A stretch of DNA of 64,000 nt, taken from assembly GCA_008690995.1 (NCBI GenBank), contig VRMN01000001.1, positions 2,356,001 to 2,420,000 of the forward strand. Direction: 5' to 3'. Of the stretch, positions 41,793-53,242 are shown piece by piece. The stretch comes from Porphyridium purpureum (taxonomy: Eukaryota). The translations under genes and the position numbers were made by a program. The notes under the pieces are model-generated. The model worked only from the letters and a program-made list of their open reading frames with translations, searched no databases and was not told the origin of the DNA. Each line of letters opens with the position of its first letter. Position 1 is the stretch's first letter.

Positions 41793-43760
41793 TTACGTGG
41801 ACTGCGCTGCTGGTATGCGCATCGCCTTGGTGCTTGCGCACGCATCCCAAACGACGACATCGGGGGCCAAGCTCTCGGTAGCATCGAATGCAAGACACAT
41901 GAGCGATGCATCCGGCGTCGTGAACTCAATGACTGGTGTGAGGAGCTGCAGCTCGCGGGTGTCTCGAACATCGAGCAGCACAACTTTATGCCGCAAACTG
42001 TCCAATGCCAGACGTAGAGAAAGATGGGCCGAGAATGACCAGCGCCAATTTCTTCTCCTCAGCACCCGAGCGATCTACAACAGAAAGGACATCCTCTGAG
42101 GTATGCATATCAATCACGCCCTCGGCCATTGTCTCGCTCCAATCATTCTGGCTCCCAGCAAAGCAAATATACTTGCTCGTGTCGTCAGGTGCACTGCGCA
42201 TAAGACCCAGCAAGGACGCTAAATAACCACTCCAGCAAAACAGGTCCATGCATCGTGATGTAGCCGCGGACAACGGTGATGTGTCTGCCTTCTTTCAAAT
42301 GTACACATCCGCTCGCAAAATGAGAAAGGGCTAGTCGTGGCGCACGAGACAACGTGTCAAAATCCCTCCGACCCAGTTCGCCGCACGACTTGTACGCGAG
42401 ACAAAAGGCTGGCAAGCCGCAGTCCAAGCTCATGCTGCTCAGGCTTCAGCTTTTGATCAAGCAACTACGTCACAGGTTGTAGAAGCACACGAACATTCTG
42501 CTCTTCCTCACCATGAGCAACAACTAGTACTACTTGATGGGTACCCAAGCCCGAAAGCATGTCTTCCAGCAAGACCCGGGGTTTCACGCGCCTGTCACAC
42601 AGGCCAATGACTTGAATGAGTAACTTGGGGCGAATATACGCGGTCACGGGCCAGTGTCGAGGAGCCGGACCCGCAATCGGAATCACAGAGCCCCGCATGC
42701 TTATAGCCGTGGGCTCGGGTTTTCTCCTACCGGACTTACATTCTACTAGCCGTCATTTCCGTCGCGAATTAAGCTTGCCGTGGCTGGGTGCCTTCCAAGG
42801 ATCTCACAACAAATTGAACCGATCCGTTATCTTCAGATCCAAACCCTTTGCCGCTTTACGTCAGGGAGCGTACTTGCTCCTCGGCCAGGACTTCAAGCAG
42901 CTTTGGACTTACCGGCATGTCGCAAAATGGTACGGCGGTCGCATCAAAGCGTTCCTAAGCAAGACACATCAGGGGTTCAAGCTCTCTGGCATTGCGGTCC
43001 TTGAGCGCAGCGCACAATCTCTGGCAAAGCGACGTATTGCTTAGCCCCATGGTCTCAAACAATCCAAGATGTGTGGGTGTCTGCGAAAGTACATAGGCTT
43101 TCTCCAGTTGGTTCAAGATCGCGGGTGTATGCTTGTTGCCAGTAACTCGGCAAACACCAAGTGCATGCGATTAAAGAGCCTCATTAACGGAGAGCAATAC
43201 ATGCAATCTCCGTCAAACTACGGGCGAAAAAACGCACAAGGGACTTGAGCTGCACATTTGTCCGATTTTCTGCACAAGGATGATGTACGTCGCTCACCGG
43301 GACACGCAATGTTCATAGTTCCTTCGACCAACAAGGCTAGCTTGTCATGCCATAAAAGCTGCTTGCGCGGGTAAGAATCTGCACATGAAACATATCCAGA
43401 AGCTTGTGCACCGTTCGTGCAACGGAAGGTCACAAATTCTTCTTTGCAGCACCCTCGTGTAGCTGCCGTATTTGTGCCATGAGGTATTCGACCGTCCGAT
43501 GGAGGCCAAGACCGGCCTCAGAAGGCTTACACATTTGCGCGGAAGACGTTTTGGTCTACTTTGGAACGATCCAGTACCTCGCGTCCATTATCTGCTGCGT
43601 ACTTGTGACCAGGCATGCTCCAGTAGGTATCATATCGCACATTGCGCGAAACCCAGCGGCCCTGTCACTACGCTCACCGGCAAGGGTCAAATTCCACGGC
43701 ACACTGAGTGTCATGACCTCGCCAGTAGGCACGGAGGACGAACAAATATTCGAGCGTTCC
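41793..43760 (-). pseudogene. Putative decayed coding sequence (multiple stops and frameshifts), family unrecognised
   Basis: Protein-like segments recur across frames, e.g. AILNQLEKAYVLSQTPTHLGLFETMGL...PLMCLA*ERF...LLEVLAEEQVRSLT*, LLEDMLSGLGTHQVVLVVAHG and LRHKVVLLDVRD. Confidence 0.35.
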
Positions 43761-44032
43761 ATCCGACGCCGTCGAACGTGGCTACCGGGCAGCGGCACGC
43801 CACATCCTCCGGGTAGGTTACGGGTGCGAACAGCGTGGCTCGGCGTTGGTTCTCCAGGTGTCATCCATGCACCACTCTGCTCCCCACGGGCGAGCCGGCA
43901 ATGCCGTGCCCCGATGCGATGAGGCATCTAAAGTCACAATAAAACATTACAATGAAGTGCGGCATTACCGCGGCGGAGACGAGGAAGAGCGGCAAGGAGG
44001 GAGAAGGACGTAAGGGCGCGACGAATACGAAC

Positions 44033-44605
44033 ATGGGGAAAGTTGTGAGTGGTGTCGCGACAAGCGAGGACGTGTCGGCATGGTACATGGACGAAGAGCA
44101 CAGTGTGGACCAGCGCCAGCCGCACAAGACGGACCCGGTCCAGAGTGTGGACGCCGCGACGCTGGAAGCGCTGGGAGTGGTTCATTGGAAGTTGTCTGGG
44201 AATGAGGACGACGCGGAGCTCGAGCAGATTCGCAAGGATCGTGGATATAGCTACAAGGATGTGATTACAGTGAGCCCAGATACGCTGCCGGCGTACGAGC
44301 AGAAGATCAAGATGTTTTACGAGGAGCACTTACATAGCGATGAGGAAATTCGGTACTTGCTGGAGGGCAGCGGGTATTTTGATGTTCGAGACAAGCAGGA
44401 CCGCTGGATTAGAATTGCGTGTCCTAAAGGAACGATGATCATTTTGCCAGAGGGAATTTACCACCGCTTCACTTTGGACCATACAAACTACGCCAAGGCT
44501 ATGCGCCTTTTCATTGGCGAGCCCGTGTGGACTCCGCTGAACCGTCCGCAGGAAAGCCACGAGAGTCGCGTCAAGTACCTCACAACATTTGGTGCGGCAG
44601 CGTAG
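44033..44605 (+). CDS. ADI1: Acireductone dioxygenase (methionine salvage)
   Basis: [36 protein letters not shown] and [13 protein letters not shown]. Confidence 0.97.
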   Translation: MGKVVSGVATSEDVSAWYMDEEHSVDQRQPHKTDPVQSVDAATLEALGVVHWKLSGNEDDAELEQIRKDRGYSYKDVITVSPDTLPAYEQKIKMFYEEHLHSDEEIRYLLEGSGYFDVRDKQDRWIRIACPKGTMIILPEGIYHRFTLDHTNYAKAMRLFIGEPVWTPLNRPQESHESRVKYLTTFGAAA

Positions 44606-44795
44606 AGAAGACCAGACACCGAGCCGCATGATCCCGAGGTAGCTTGCCACTAAAATGAGAACCAAGGAAGAATCGGAAGTTCTGAAATGTGCGTATTTTG
44701 ATCCTTTCTATTAGTAAACGTCTTGAGAGCGGCTTGTTCGAGCTCCAAAAGCGTGGCAGCTGGACGTGGCGATGAAAGTGTGACAAGAAGTCGTG

Positions 44796-46304
44796 ATGCA
44801 GCAGTACGTGTGGGTGAGTGGCTCGGAGCAGAGCGACACAGACGAGAGCCCGGGGTCTGTGGCAAGCGGTCAGTCAACATGCTCGCCCGGCAAGGACAAT
44901 GGGGGAAGTCCAAGCTCGTGTAGCGCGAACGTCGCTCGTGAAGAGAGCGAGAAGAGCATCGCCAGTGCGCTGAGCGACCTGATTAAGAACCGCAATCGAC
45001 TGCGCAATGGTGGTCTGTTTCGTAGCATGGAGAAGCGAGGCATCTCTGGCTGCGCGTTTGATGATGGCCTGAAGCGCGCGCTGTGCTCAATGCAGCTCCC
45101 GAACAACCGCACGGGCCGCCTGCAGTTCTCGGAAAGCGTGTTCTGTGGCCAATTCTGTGCTGATGGCTCCAAGTTTGTGTGCGCGTGCAAGGCAGACTGT
45201 ATTCGCGTTTACGATACTTCAAATTCAACCTGCGCGTCTAACCAAGCGACCAGAAAGGATGCCAATGCTCCCGATGCTGCGACCAGTGGGGCACACGTAC
45301 GGCGCGGGTCGCCGCCTGTGTCCGGCGATGAGTGCGAAACGTACGGCTGGAGGCTGCAGGGCCTGATTTTGCCGCAGTCCGTAGGCTGGGCCGTGGTCGA
45401 CGTGGACGTGTCGCCGCGTATGGACTGGCTTGCGTACACCTCATGGTCCAACAGCATTTCCCTCGCGCGCCTCGACGGTTCGCAGAACTATGCCATTGAG
45501 CTTGACCGGTGCAGTGGTGACGTCATGTGCCTCTTTTCCATCCAGCACACCAGTGACGGGCGCGAGATTGTTGGTGGTGGCTCCGACGCATGCATTTACT
45601 TTGCTGATTTGGAGAGCAACACGGTCACGCGTATCCGCGCGCATGCGGATGACGTCAATTCTGTTGCTTTTGTAGACGCTGATGGACAGATGATCATTTC
45701 GGGATCGGATGACTCACTGATCAAAGTGTGGGATAGGCGATGTCTGCAAACCGTCAGCACAGACCAGAGCCGACCGTCTGCACGGGTTTCCATGCAGCAA
45801 AAGCCCGTGGGCGTTTTCCAGGGACACTCGTTTGGGATTACACACGTAACATCGCGCTTTGACGGTCGTCTTATCCTCAGCAATTCAAAGGACCAGTCAG
45901 CCAAGTTGTGGGATTTACGCATGCTTCGAGAGTGCGCACTTCCGGACGGCCTGGCCCGGCGGCGGCGCCATTTCGATTACCGCTGGGACATGGTGGACTA
46001 TGCGTCAACTCCGCAGCACCCGAACGACAGCTCGCTCCGCACATTCCGCGGACATCGCGTTCTTCAGACACTCATTCGAGGCTATTTTACGCCACCGTCA
46101 ATGGGATCTGCACATTGTGTTCTGGGCTCGCATGACGGCAGCATTCATTTTTACGACATTGTTAGCGGAGAGACCGTGCAGATCTTGTCAGGGCACCGAA
46201 ACACCGTGCGCGACGTCAGTTTGCACCCGTCAGAGCCACTGCTTGCCACTAGCAGCTGGGACCAAACTGTGTCGCTTTGGAACTATCAAGCTATTACTTC
46301 GTGA
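44796..46304 (+). CDS. DCAF11: WD40 protein DCAF11/WDR23 (LEC14B-like)
   Basis: AHADDVNSVAF, SGSDDSLIKVWDRR, SNSKDQSAKLWDLR, FDYRW, GHRVLQTLIR and VRDVSLHP. Confidence 0.9.
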   Translation: MQQYVWVSGSEQSDTDESPGSVASGQSTCSPGKDNGGSPSSCSANVAREESEKSIASALSDLIKNRNRLRNGGLFRSMEKRGISGCAFDDGLKRALCSMQLPNNRTGRLQFSESVFCGQFCADGSKFVCACKADCIRVYDTSNSTCASNQATRKDANAPDAATSGAHVRRGSPPVSGDECETYGWRLQGLILPQSVGWAVVDVDVSPRMDWLAYTSWSNSISLARLDGSQNYAIELDRCSGDVMCLFSIQHTSDGREIVGGGSDACIYFADLESNTVTRIRAHADDVNSVAFVDADGQMIISGSDDSLIKVWDRRCLQTVSTDQSRPSARVSMQQKPVGVFQGHSFGITHVTSRFDGRLILSNSKDQSAKLWDLRMLRECALPDGLARRRRHFDYRWDMVDYASTPQHPNDSSLRTFRGHRVLQTLIRGYFTPPSMGSAHCVLGSHDGSIHFYDIVSGETVQILSGHRNTVRDVSLHPSEPLLATSSWDQTVSLWNYQAITS

Positions 46305-47669
46305 ACGGGCGACCAAAATCAGCGGAAAAAGAACGACGCAATCATGCTCCATGAGCGCAGCTTCAGCATGTTCCTCGTGTGTTCATTGTAAAGAAAAAAA
46401 AAAAAAAAAAGTCTAGTGAATCCTCTCCGTGCTTATTCCCTTTCGGCTGCGCATCTTCTTCCGCAAGCAGAAGCTGCCTTTTTGAGCGTTCACGTGTGGC
46501 GCGACGACGGCACACGCCCAGGCGCAGATTAGACGGGGGCACGGTGGTCGCGAGGCCGCCGATTGTAGCAATTGCCGACGGAAATCTGCGCCGGTTCGCT
46601 TTGAGATATGACAAGAAAAGGACCGGCGTCGTTCTCTCTGCCGATACTTCTGGGAATTTTTGATGCGGATTGCCATGCATTCCAGCTGCGCGTTCTCGAC
46701 ATTGTACAGATTCTAGTGATTTGCACGGACATGAGGAGCCACGGATCACGTTCGTACGTGAGGACGACTCTGCACTGACCTAAATTTGACACAGCGGCTG
46801 TGAAGCACGTGTGCATTTGCAACAACGCTTCGCCCGTTTGCGGCTTGGGGCCCAGCAACAGCAGAACAGATGAAAGACCTAGGTCCATCGAATCAGGCCG
46901 GACCTGGGTTCATACTCGGTACTGAGAAAGAAACACGAGTATCTGCGATATTGAAACAAAACGTCGCGACTGAGACACTGCTATGCAAGGAAGCATGGGC
47001 CAGTTGAAAGGTACATCAGTGATCGGTCGAGCGCGTGTCTGCGGCCCAAAAGAATTTCCGGAGACGCGTGATCTGATTCCAGACCAAAGCACGATCTCAA
47101 GCCACGTCCACAGCGACTAAGCGGCCTGCATCCAGCGATGCTTTTCTTCGCATTTCTGACCCAAACCGGCCGACAACGTGCAGAGTGATGCTCATTTGGG
47201 GTCACTTTAAAAGTAACCGTGATCAGAAGCGAGTGGGCCACCACCTGCGTGTACACGGACCAATTTCGACATTCTCCTCTAGCTCCTGCTCATCCGTCTC
47301 GACTCGTGCGCACTGTCACAAGCCCGCGCTTGCTCAGTCCCCGGTGAGCTGTTAAACCAAGTCTGGGTCCGCATTCATTTCCTTAAAGTATTGGCATCAG
47401 ATCCCAATTCCACCACGCAACCATCTGCTTCAGTTCATCCCATACCGCCACCATATTCGCCCGTCGCCTTCGCCGGCGGTACCTGTCTCTGAGTTTCCAT
47501 CTACGTTCAGACCTGGCTTTTCCAGCGAGTCCGGGCACCAAGTTCCTCTACTCTCTCCCGTTTCTGCGACACGACGGCTACGCCAAGCTCCTGCATGGCC
47601 CGTCTCGCGGTTCCAAACATCTCGCAGCCACATGCTCCACATCCCGTCCGCCTTCATCGGTTAACGAAC

Positions 47670-47733
47670 AAACCAATAAACCAACAAGCCGACAAGCCGA
47701 CAAGCCGATACTCCAATAAACCAATAAGCCAAT
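47670..47733. repeat. Degenerate 8-bp minisatellite, 8 units (AA(A/G)CC(A/G)A(T/C))
   Basis: aaaccaat aaaccaac aagccgac aagccgac aagccgat actccaat aaaccaat aagccaat. Confidence 0.8.
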
Positions 47734-48270
47734 CCACCAGAATCGTTTGATTCGCAAGATGCTGAGCGGCTCTCTTTCGAAGTTGCGTATCCGGGTGACG
47801 TGTTGAAAAAGACAGTTTGTGTCAAATGGCCCGGTTTTAGTAGAAAGTCCAAAGCAACGGTTACTTTTGGCGCCGGGGGGGTTTTCACTCGGTCGTGGCC
47901 AGAATTTTATCGATGCAGACGCGTCGTTCAAGTGTTGCGTTCCATTTTTCCGCGTGAGTCAGGATTTACTCATACCAACTCGGTGTGATATGCTCTAGTT
48001 TCTCACTTGGTTCTGGGATGAACCGCATTTCGCACGCTCAGCCGGCCGGTTTTTCCGCGTTTCTCGCGTGGCGCGCCGCGGCGGAGTGGATTGGAGTCTT
48101 GGCGGGTTTGGCGTCAGTATGCTGCTGATGAAGTGAGTTGGTGAGCGTGTGGCATTGGCCATTTAGGACAGAGCGTTGTGGCCTTGGCAGTGCGGCCGGG
48201 ACCCGAAGACTGGCGGTCGTGGGGCTGCAGGGATTGTGGACTTCTGCCGCGCAGAGGAGGGTTTGGAGAA

Positions 48271-50331
48271 ATGGTCGCGATCTGCTCGACGCGCGCTATG
48301 GGCTGGGCGGTCGCGCTTGTGATCGGGGTCTTCGCGTTGGCGGCGTGCTTGTCGGGGTCGCACGCATGCACGACAATGGTGGTGGGGCGCAAGGCGTCCA
48401 CGGAAAACGCGCCGATGTGCACTCATAATGATGATTGCCTGGACTGCGACTTTCGCGTCGACAAGACGCCCGCAGCCGAGCACGGAAAGCATGCGATGCG
48501 TGACGTGTACTTGTACCGCAACCGCTATCCGACCAAGGTCGTGGAAGACCGCGCGCCGGCGTACAGGAAGCAGAACCTGGTCGACCTTCCCCAGAAGCAC
48601 GAGTGGAAGTTCACCCCCATTGGAGAAATCAAGCAGGTGGGCGAGACGTACGGTCTCGTGGAGGGCGGCTATGGCATCATGAATGACCAAGGCCTGGCAA
48701 TTGGTGAGTCCACGTGCGCGGCCCCTTGGGGCAGCCTGCCTCTCGGCTACAAGAACGGCTCGGCACTGTTCGCGGTCGACACACTCATGATGCTCGCTCT
48801 CGAGCGCACAAGCAAGGCACGCGACGCGATTCGGCTCATGGGCAGTCTGGCCGAGGAGTATGGTTTCTACGTCGAGGACTTTCGCGACCTGGATTTACGA
48901 ATGAGCGGCGGCGAGGCACTGACGGTGATTGACGAGGAAGAGGCATGGGTAATGCATCTTGCGTGCGATCCTTCGGGCAAGTCTGCAATCTGGGCCGCCC
49001 AGCGCGTACCGGACGACCATTTCGCCATTATTGCAAATCAGTTCATTATTCGCCGGATCAACCCAAAGTCAGATGATTTCCTCTATTCGAGCAACATGTG
49101 GGATGTGGCCAAGTCGCAAGGTTTGTGGTCCGAGACGGATGGTCTGCTCGACTGGACGAGGGTGTTCTCTTTGTATCTGCCGGGCGATAGCCTCCGCACG
49201 CCGTATTCGACGCTGCGACAGTACGCGCTGCTCAAGGCCGCGCAACCAACGCTCGACATCAACATCAAGACCGATTGGATCGCTTCAGACTACCCATTTT
49301 CCGTGAAGCCGGCTCGAAAGCTCTCCGCACGCGATTTGATGGAATTCAGTCGCAATCAGTTTGAAGGAACAGAATATGACCTCACGCAGGGACCCGGATC
49401 GGGTGCACACGGGAATCCGGATCGATATGACGGTGGACCGGTGGACGGTATCACGCGCGAGCAATTGTTTTCGACAGGCGGTTACCCGCGAGGCACGTCC
49501 ATCCATCGCACGATCTACTCAATGGTGGCGCAGTCGCGAGGTGCAACCAAGGGGCCGCTCGCCGGGCCTCTGTTGTGGATGGCCTTCCATGCTCCGCGTA
49601 CCAGTATCTTCTCGCCGATCTATGTGAACGCACTGGAAATGTCATCGGCACATTCGACAGGATCCATGTTCAACTATGATTCGGGCTCAATGTGGTGGGC
49701 AGGCTGCCGCGTAAGCAACTATGGGAAGCACTGGTACCGCCACGCGCTTCCACACATAGTGGCTGCCCAGGACGATGCAGAACTGTCGTTCATGGAAGAC
49801 GTGGAACGGCTCGATCAGCACGTGGCCAAGATGTCCCGCCATGACGCGCTGAAGGCATTGACGGCATTTACCGTTGAGAGCGGTGACAAGGTATTGATGA
49901 AGATGCATAGTCTTTTTGACGAGCTGGTGACATACTTCCATGATGGTGCGCACCTTGTGAACCAGACTGCGACGGAAATTTCTTTCCAGCATTTGTTTTA
50001 TCCGCTGTACTGGCTGAAGATGACAAACTTTTTTGTGCCGCCACTCAATCACCCGGTAGAGCTACACGGAGCAGCCGTGCCGGATCTCGGCGGTCACGAA
50101 GTCCATGAGAGTGGAGCGCCTAATGACAACGTACCCTCCGGAGGTCGCTCGGATCTGCGCGGGGAGAGCGGAATCCAGACTGCGACGTCTCTGCTCGCGG
50201 AGGCGTCAAAGGGTCCGTTCGCGCTTGCCGGTGTGGTTGTCATTCTGACGGCACTTGGCGCGTCATTTTTCGCGGGTTCTTGGTTTGGGAAGAAGCAAGC
50301 CCGACGCGATGGTTATGCGTCTCTTGCTTGA
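48271..50331 (+). CDS. Peptidase family C69 (dipeptidase A/secernin-like Ntn hydrolase), type I membrane protein
   Basis: Signal peptide ending SHA|CTTMVVGRKAS (N-terminal Cys nucleophile), MNDQGLAIGESTC, LALERTSKARDAI, WAAQRVPDDH and ANQF; C-terminal TM plus GYASL. Confidence 0.9.
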   Translation: MVAICSTRAMGWAVALVIGVFALAACLSGSHACTTMVVGRKASTENAPMCTHNDDCLDCDFRVDKTPAAEHGKHAMRDVYLYRNRYPTKVVEDRAPAYRKQNLVDLPQKHEWKFTPIGEIKQVGETYGLVEGGYGIMNDQGLAIGESTCAAPWGSLPLGYKNGSALFAVDTLMMLALERTSKARDAIRLMGSLAEEYGFYVEDFRDLDLRMSGGEALTVIDEEEAWVMHLACDPSGKSAIWAAQRVPDDHFAIIANQFIIRRINPKSDDFLYSSNMWDVAKSQGLWSETDGLLDWTRVFSLYLPGDSLRTPYSTLRQYALLKAAQPTLDINIKTDWIASDYPFSVKPARKLSARDLMEFSRNQFEGTEYDLTQGPGSGAHGNPDRYDGGPVDGITREQLFSTGGYPRGTSIHRTIYSMVAQSRGATKGPLAGPLLWMAFHAPRTSIFSPIYVNALEMSSAHSTGSMFNYDSGSMWWAGCRVSNYGKHWYRHALPHIVAAQDDAELSFMEDVERLDQHVAKMSRHDALKALTAFTVESGDKVLMKMHSLFDELVTYFHDGAHLVNQTATEISFQHLFYPLYWLKMTNFFVPPLNHPVELHGAAVPDLGGHEVHESGAPNDNVPSGGRSDLRGESGIQTATSLLAEASKGPFALAGVVVILTALGASFFAGSWFGKKQARRDGYASLA

Positions 50332-50751
50332 GCGATCAGTTGCGTGAGAGATCAGTCGGATGAGTGTGACGCTTAAATCCTACAGCAGGGCTTCAGGTTC
50401 GTGAGCTCGCAGTGCAACCTCGCCGATGAATCGGCTTCCACAATATATCTGAAGCTCTTGCGTCAGCAGGCGATGAAAATTCTCGAGCCGATGCCACTTT
50501 TTTGAAAGCCGTCAAGACTGGGAGTGGTCTTTCGTGCGATTTTGAGACATGCCGGGGAAAGGAAAACGAAATAAACGACTAGTGACAAGGAGTCGCACGC
50601 CGGCGCGATGGACAAGGATGACAATAACAAGACAAATTTATCTCTACTATCCTACGTCGATTCCGAATCCTCTAGCCTCATTTCCCTCACGCTTCGCACT
50701 CGCCATGACGGCCACATCCGTTCACTGGCGCGAAGAACTCACAACTGACAC

Positions 50752-52818
50752 CTAGTCATTCTGAATCACAATTGGTGCCGTCGTCGTTGACTTGGTGTTT
50801 GAGACCTTCTGCGGTGGTACAACTACCGCGTGCCTTTCCTTATCTTCGTCAGTTTCCTCTTGCGGTTTTGTCGGATTGATGAGCTCCCACATGAGCGTCA
50901 TAAGAATTGGCGAAACCAAACTAGAGGCACCGACGATCGCCCAGAGCGTAGCGCTGTGGCGCTCACCATGCAGAGGGCAGTACTGCGTGAGCAGCCAGCC
51001 AGACATGCCACCCACGATTAACTTGACGCTGAAAAGCGGCGCGCTGGCAAGTGAAGAGTACAAACCCTCTTGTCCTGATGACGACAAACTCAGAACGTAT
51101 TCGTAGGTACGCGGACTGTAGATGGCTTCGCCGACGGAGAGCGTGAACATGAACAGAAACACTGCCCAATAGTGATTCCCCAAGCAGATCCAAAACGGCG
51201 CAATCGCAGATACGTATGAGCCAACGACAATCATGGTATAGCTGTCCACTTCGCGCGTCATCATACCAATCACAGGGACGAAGAAGATGATCAAAAAGGG
51301 ATTGATGGCGTAAACTAGCCCAAAAGGTGCCGATGGTCCGAACTCACGCGTCAAGTACTTCGGAAGTGTAGCGTCAACGTGGCGGAACACCAGGCGCACG
51401 CCCACCATCAAGAAAGTAAACAGCGTGAGCCGCCAGAACGCCACTGATCGTAGCACCTCCATAGTTGAGTCCCATGCACTCTGTTTGTTCGGTTCAAACT
51501 CGACCACGTTGCCGTCGTCGTCGACTTCGATTTCGCGGACGCCCATCCAGACGGCCAAAATCATGAGAAACGTGGAAATTGCCGAAGTGAGAAGCACAAC
51601 ACGTAGCGCGCTGAGGTCATATCCAGCCACTTGTAGGCCCTGCGGAAAGAGACCGCGAACAATGTCAACGAGCGGACCGGCAATAAGCGCCGCGATGTTC
51701 ATGATCGAGTAGTAGAAACTGAACGCGAACGTGCGGTTTGCTGCGTTTGTGTATCTCTTGATTCCAATGGACAGAATTGGAATGCCAAGACATTCCGCAA
51801 AGGGCAAGAAGATGTACAGTGTCGCGAGCACAACAAAGCGGCTCGAGGTAAGTGCCAGTACAAGCCGCGCGCTACACCCGACGAGCGCGCCAATAATGAG
51901 AGATTGACGCACCCCCATCAGGTCAATCACCCAGCCGCACACCACGCCGAATACAGTGGACATGAGCCCATAAGAACCGTAAGCCCAGCCGGCTTCGGTG
52001 TCGTCCATCCCAAATTCGTCTGTCAGGTACATGGTCAGAACCAGCGCAAAGCTGAAGTACGAGTACGATGACAAGAACTTCATAATGTAAATTACCCACA
52101 GCTCGCGGGGAGCATCGCGCAGCTCGTTCCACCGACCGAACGATTTGCGTGCAGCGCGATGCAGCCGTTTCGCGCCGCGCCGAAACTTTTTCCACGTGGA
52201 CTGGATCACATTGTCCGGTGGCCTGAAAGAGGCCGTTCGCATATACATCTTCCCTTCCAGCTTTGGACCCTTGGCCGCGTCTGACTGCCTTTTTTTCAGC
52301 AATAGGTCAATCTCTTCTTGCGTGGCTCCCTGGGCAGCAGCGTCCGATAGTGCGCCATCCTGCTGCTCCTCACCTTCGTCCTCGTCCTCCTCCTCCTCAT
52401 CAAGTTCCTGTGACGCGTCCTCGTCGTCGCTATCCTCATACACGGACGCATAGGAGCGGCCATATGCTGCCGATAAGCCAGCCGTGCCATGTTGCGCATT
52501 GCGTTGCTGCTGTTGCTGCTGCATCAGTTGATACTGTCGCAGCCGCGGGCGCACATCGAACGACGAGGCCATCTCCGGCACCGGGAAGGGCACCCAGCTC
52601 GTGGCCTCACCGCCCGGGTTCAAGAACGACTTTTTCGCGTGGTGTTGTCGATGCAGGTGCCTGTTCGGACCATGCTGTGCGCCCGCTGCCTGCGCGGCGG
52701 GAGCCGCCGATGGCGCATTGACCGGCGGCAGGCCTACCGTCCTTCCCGTCCGAGCTCCTGCCGGCGCCGCCGCCGCATCTAGCGGCGCCTGCGTCAACGG
52801 CGTCTTCTCATCCGCCAT
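50752..52818 (-). CDS. MFS transporter (POT/PTR-like) with long acidic cytosolic N-terminus
   Basis: About 12 TMs; GWVIDLMGVR (motif A), AFSFYYSIMNIAA, INPFLII and GEAIYSPRTYEY. Confidence 0.85.
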   Translation of the reverse strand: MADEKTPLTQAPLDAAAAPAGARTGRTVGLPPVNAPSAAPAAQAAGAQHGPNRHLHRQHHAKKSFLNPGGEATSWVPFPVPEMASSFDVRPRLRQYQLMQQQQQQRNAQHGTAGLSAAYGRSYASVYEDSDDEDASQELDEEEEDEDEGEEQQDGALSDAAAQGATQEEIDLLLKKRQSDAAKGPKLEGKMYMRTASFRPPDNVIQSTWKKFRRGAKRLHRAARKSFGRWNELRDAPRELWVIYIMKFLSSYSYFSFALVLTMYLTDEFGMDDTEAGWAYGSYGLMSTVFGVVCGWVIDLMGVRQSLIIGALVGCSARLVLALTSSRFVVLATLYIFLPFAECLGIPILSIGIKRYTNAANRTFAFSFYYSIMNIAALIAGPLVDIVRGLFPQGLQVAGYDLSALRVVLLTSAISTFLMILAVWMGVREIEVDDDGNVVEFEPNKQSAWDSTMEVLRSVAFWRLTLFTFLMVGVRLVFRHVDATLPKYLTREFGPSAPFGLVYAINPFLIIFFVPVIGMMTREVDSYTMIVVGSYVSAIAPFWICLGNHYWAVFLFMFTLSVGEAIYSPRTYEYVLSLSSSGQEGLYSSLASAPLFSVKLIVGGMSGWLLTQYCPLHGERHSATLWAIVGASSLVSPILMTLMWELINPTKPQEETDEDKERHAVVVPPQKVSNTKSTTTAPIVIQND

Positions 52819-53242
52819 TGTCCACGCTCGCTTGCCACCGCGTCGGGCGTCTGCTCTCCGTCTCGCCGCCACCACCACCTCCACGGCCTCCGCAGAGACG
52901 GCTCACCTTCCCGGCTCGCACGCAGATTTCCATGTCCATTCCATCCAGCTCACCACATGCCGGCGCCGCCACTGAACGCGCACAAACAAACTGTACTCTG
53001 TGGTACAGCTGGAAGGGCACGTGACGCGATGCCTGGTGGCCAGGGTGCGTGCGAACGAGCTGGCAAAGGGACCGTCGTGTCTTTCTTTTCTTCCGTTTTA
53101 ATTTTTCACTGCTCATGTGGGCACTGAGATGAGACTCGCAAATTGGTAGAAACGCAGGATACCTTGCGCCACGTCTCGCACGCCAATGAAGCTCCGAGTA
53201 GACTTTGCGACAGCGCGGCCCGTTGAGTCGGTCGACGCGGCT

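Noticed and set aside
46391..46410. Poly-A tract as a retroposon tail
   Set aside because: No target-site duplication or element body recognised; could be a simple 3' UTR A-run
47670..47733. Short repeats as a CRISPR or telomeric array
   Set aside because: Contiguous degenerate 8-mers without spacers in a eukaryotic context; not a recognisable telomere unit
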